From assembly GCA_965228735.1 (NCBI GenBank), contig OZ245838.1, positions 1,312,001-1,376,000 on the forward strand: a DNA stretch of 64,000 bases, given 5' to 3'. The stretch is from Planctomycetota bacterium (GTDB taxonomy: Bacteria; Planctomycetota; UBA1135; UBA2386). The translations under genes and the position numbers were made by a program. Shown here one piece after another: positions 61,200 to 64,000 of this stretch. Position 1 is the first letter of the stretch; each line of letters begins with the position of its first letter. Below the pieces are notes generated by a model. It was not told the DNA's origin. It saw nothing but the letters and a program-made list of their open reading frames with translations, and did no database searches.

Positions 61200-62927
61200 A
61201 TGAAGTCCATCCCGACCGGCACTCCCGCACTCCTGACGTTCTTCCTCGCGCTCGGCCTCGCGCCGGCTCAGGACGCGGCCGGCCCGCCCCGCATGCGGCT
61301 GTACGACGTCCGCGACATCGTTCGGCTCGAGCCGAACTACCTGCCCGCGGCGGCCGTCGACGCGTCGCTCGTGCCGGCGGGACTGCACGAGAGCGACGAT
61401 CCACACGTCGCGCTCGAGCTCGGCGACCTCGTCAACTTCCTGTACATGAGCACGGACCCCATGTATTGGGACCGGGAAGGCGTCGAACTCCGCGGTGACG
61501 ACAGCGGCTACCTCGCGATCTGGTGCGACGAAGGGATGCACGCGCAAACGCGCAGCGTGCTCAGCAAGATTCGCCGGGTGCTGTTCGAACCCGTGCTCGT
61601 CGAGCTGCACGAACTCCCCGGCTCCGTGTTGCAGGATCGCAGCGCCGTCCTTTCCGCGAACGCGGTGACCGACCTCCTCGCCGAGGCGGAAGAGCACGGG
61701 GTGCTCGCCGGCCGCGCCAATCCACGGCGGCCGCTGCTGCTCGAGTCGAAGCGGATCCAGAACCGGGTCGCGAGCTTCTCGATGGTCGTCGCGCAGGACG
61801 CCGCGACGCCCGACCTCGGGCTCGCCGCGGAGAACTACGGTTCGACCTGGAGCGTGCGCGTCCGCCGTACGCTCGACGAACGTATCCTCGTCACCCTGTC
61901 CGGCAGCGACCGCACCCTGACCCGTGGTCCGGTCTGCGAACTGCCGACCGCCGAACCCGGCAAGCTCGCGGCCGTCGAGCTGCCCGTGACGGCGATCGCG
62001 ACGGCACACGCGAGCGCCTACCTGCGACCTGGCGAAGGGTTGCTCATTGGCAGCGACGCCCCGGGCGGCGGCGCGCTCTGCCTGCGCATTCGGCGCACGC
62101 CGGCGGCCGACCTCACCGTCGGCGCAACGACGATCTACCCGGTGAGCAACCTCACCCGCGGCGCCGCGCGCCCGGCACCGATCCGCATCCCGTACTCCGA
62201 TGGCCATCTGCTCCCCGAGAGCGACGAAGAGCCGATGCCCGCGGTGTTCGACGATGGCCGCCTGCAGGAGTGGCTCACCGCCCAGGTCCAGCCCGACACC
62301 TGGGACGGTTCGCCCAACACGATGCACAGCCTCAACGGCCACCTGCTCGTGGCTGCCGACGACGACACCCAGAAGGGCGTCCGGGAAGCGCTGCAGCAGC
62401 TGCAGCTCATCGATGCACGCCAGTACACGCTCGAGGTCGCGTTCGGCGACGTGACGACCGAGCAGATCGCCGACCTCACGGACCTCGACCCGACGCAACT
62501 CGCCACCGCGTTGCCCCACCGCTGCGTGACGACGGTGTCCGCGAGCCGCGACACCAGCGTCAGCAGCACGTGGCACACGCCGTACGTCAAGGACTACCGG
62601 GCCGTGATCGCCACCGGCAGCTCCGCGGCATCGCCGCTCCTCGGCTCGATCGCGCGCGGCTTCCTCATGCAGGCGAGCGTCGGCCCGATGGACCAGGGGG
62701 CGACCCTGCTCGATCTGCGCATGACGCTGCTCACGCACGACGACAAGCCGGGCCAGTTGCAGGTCGCGCACCCTGGCTTCGCCCGACTCGCGAAGGTCGA
62801 CGTGCGCGAGAACACGCTGCGCGGGGCCACGTTGGTCACGCTCGGCGAATGGACGATCCTGCAGCTCGCGCCCCTCGCCGACGGCAGTGGCCATGTCGCG
62901 ATCGTGGCGCGACTGCGGTCCGCGTAG
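61200..62927 (+). CDS. Secreted protein with two tandem secretin-like modules
   Basis: Signal LAPA|Q; RLYDVRDI...W...YLAIWCDEGMHAQTRSVLSKIR and IYPVSNL...PDTW...HLLVAADDDTQKGVREALQQL N-domains, each followed by a beta-rich region (YVKDY...GFLMQASV). Confidence 0.65.
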   Translation: MKSIPTGTPALLTFFLALGLAPAQDAAGPPRMRLYDVRDIVRLEPNYLPAAAVDASLVPAGLHESDDPHVALELGDLVNFLYMSTDPMYWDREGVELRGDDSGYLAIWCDEGMHAQTRSVLSKIRRVLFEPVLVELHELPGSVLQDRSAVLSANAVTDLLAEAEEHGVLAGRANPRRPLLLESKRIQNRVASFSMVVAQDAATPDLGLAAENYGSTWSVRVRRTLDERILVTLSGSDRTLTRGPVCELPTAEPGKLAAVELPVTAIATAHASAYLRPGEGLLIGSDAPGGGALCLRIRRTPAADLTVGATTIYPVSNLTRGAARPAPIRIPYSDGHLLPESDEEPMPAVFDDGRLQEWLTAQVQPDTWDGSPNTMHSLNGHLLVAADDDTQKGVREALQQLQLIDARQYTLEVAFGDVTTEQIADLTDLDPTQLATALPHRCVTTVSASRDTSVSSTWHTPYVKDYRAVIATGSSAASPLLGSIARGFLMQASVGPMDQGATLLDLRMTLLTHDDKPGQLQVAHPGFARLAKVDVRENTLRGATLVTLGEWTILQLAPLADGSGHVAIVARLRSA

Positions 62928-63186
62928 CGACACTGTCAGGGACAGCAGCCGCAGCGCCTCTGCTGCCGCGCCGTGGGACCGACGCAACCAGCCTGACCCC
63001 GCGCACATGGCGCGTGGCAGCGTGAGCGGCGTCACGCGATGCCCCGGCGCAGATCCTGTGACACTCTGCGGACCGAAACCACCTCACGGTGCGGACGGTC
63101 GCACTTGCGGGCAGCCGCCGGCGATGGCCGCTACACTGCGCGTCTCGCCCTGCCCGTTCTTGCCTCCCAACCACCGATACCAACGC

Positions 63187-64000
63187 ATGCACACGCTCCC
63201 CTCGCGGCTCGCTCTCGCGACGCTGCTCGGCGCCACGGCGCTGCCCGCCCAGAACTTCATGGGCTTCTCCTACAACACGATCGCCAGCACCAACTCGCGC
63301 GGCCAGCTCGACGTCGCGGCCGGCGAGATCATGACGCGCATCGACGGCGACGAGTACGCCGGCTGGGGCACCGACACTCCCGGCATGCGCACGATCGCGA
63401 GCATCTTCCTGCTCGTGCAGGACCAGGACGCCGTCGCGACGCCGAACGAGCCGTTCGGCATCTACCTCTACCCCGAGGATCCGACCAACCCCGGCTTCCC
63501 GGACCTCGCGCAGCGCACGCCATTCGTCGTCGGCCTCGCCGGCCCGGGGGCGCCGCCGAGCGGCACGATCAACGGCGCGGTCATCGTCGCGACGCCGGCC
63601 GCGCCGGTCGCGGTTCCCATCCAGGGCGGCGGTGACGTGTTCGTCGCGCTCGATCTGCCGGCGGCGCCGAACTGGCCGAACGACGGACTGTCGACGCTCG
63701 TCATCCTCGGCTACCAGCCGGCCGGCGTGACGTTCTTCGACGCACCCGGGCAGGCCCAACAGACCGGCACGCCGCCGGGGCCCGAGAACTCGCACATGCT
63801 GACGAACGACGCCGGCGCGCTGACCTACGACGAACGCAGCCAGTTCGTCTTCGACATCGCGCACAGCACCGCGGCCGGCGTCGCGCTCGGCATCACGAAT
63901 CAGGCGTCGTTCCCGGCGAGCGCCAATCCGCCGCCGACCGGCTTCGGCCCGGCACCCGGCACCGGGTCGTTCTTCTCGGGCACGGCGCCGGACGTCTCGC
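63187..64000 (+). CDS. Secreted hypothetical protein, partial (runs off window end)
   Basis: Manual translation MHTLPSRLALATLLGATALPA|QNFMGFSYNTIASTNSRG..., open to 64000. Confidence 0.85.
   Translation, partial: MHTLPSRLALATLLGATALPAQNFMGFSYNTIASTNSRGQLDVAAGEIMTRIDGDEYAGWGTDTPGMRTIASIFLLVQDQDAVATPNEPFGIYLYPEDPTNPGFPDLAQRTPFVVGLAGPGAPPSGTINGAVIVATPAAPVAVPIQGGGDVFVALDLPAAPNWPNDGLSTLVILGYQPAGVTFFDAPGQAQQTGTPPGPENSHMLTNDAGALTYDERSQFVFDIAHSTAAGVALGITNQASFPASANPPPTGFGPAPGTGSFFSGTAPDVS

Overview
High-GC bacterial DNA. A Planctomycetota origin is inferred from the DUF1580 protein, the planctomycete-type integrase N-terminus, the kinase-TPR and FG-GAP/ASPIC proteins and the secretin-like protein. 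(1) 1-23.6 kb is core-like: alaS (partial), recA, a secreted PVVED-repeat protein, a ClC-CBS transporter, an FG-GAP/ASPIC protein, a PhyH dioxygenase bracketed by REP-like repeats, a large HExxH protein, gcvP, an aminotransferase/oxidoreductase/acetyltransferase trio and two lipoproteins. (2) tRNA-Leu(TAG) at 23707-23795 is followed by a decaying phage-satellite-like island. It has a tyrosine integrase, a broken type I RM system, two complete IS256-family elements with 8-bp target duplications, an IS-split copper radical oxidase gene, and a DUF1580/primase-helicase/TerS-like module with iteron-like repeats. No attR was found. (3) 41-64 kb holds a Ser/Thr kinase-TPR, a phospholipid operon, a stand-alone adenylation enzyme, many secreted proteins, a candidate 6S RNA and a tandem double-secretin-like protein. 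The most striking pattern is that seven intact secreted proteins plus one fragment, with several different N-terminal domain types, end in the same ~135-aa C-terminal domain, and 14 predicted signal peptides leave Gln at +1. Together these suggest a lineage-specific export or surface-display system analogous to the Bacteroidota T9SS CTD and Q-rule. All family calls come from motifs read by eye, with no database searches.
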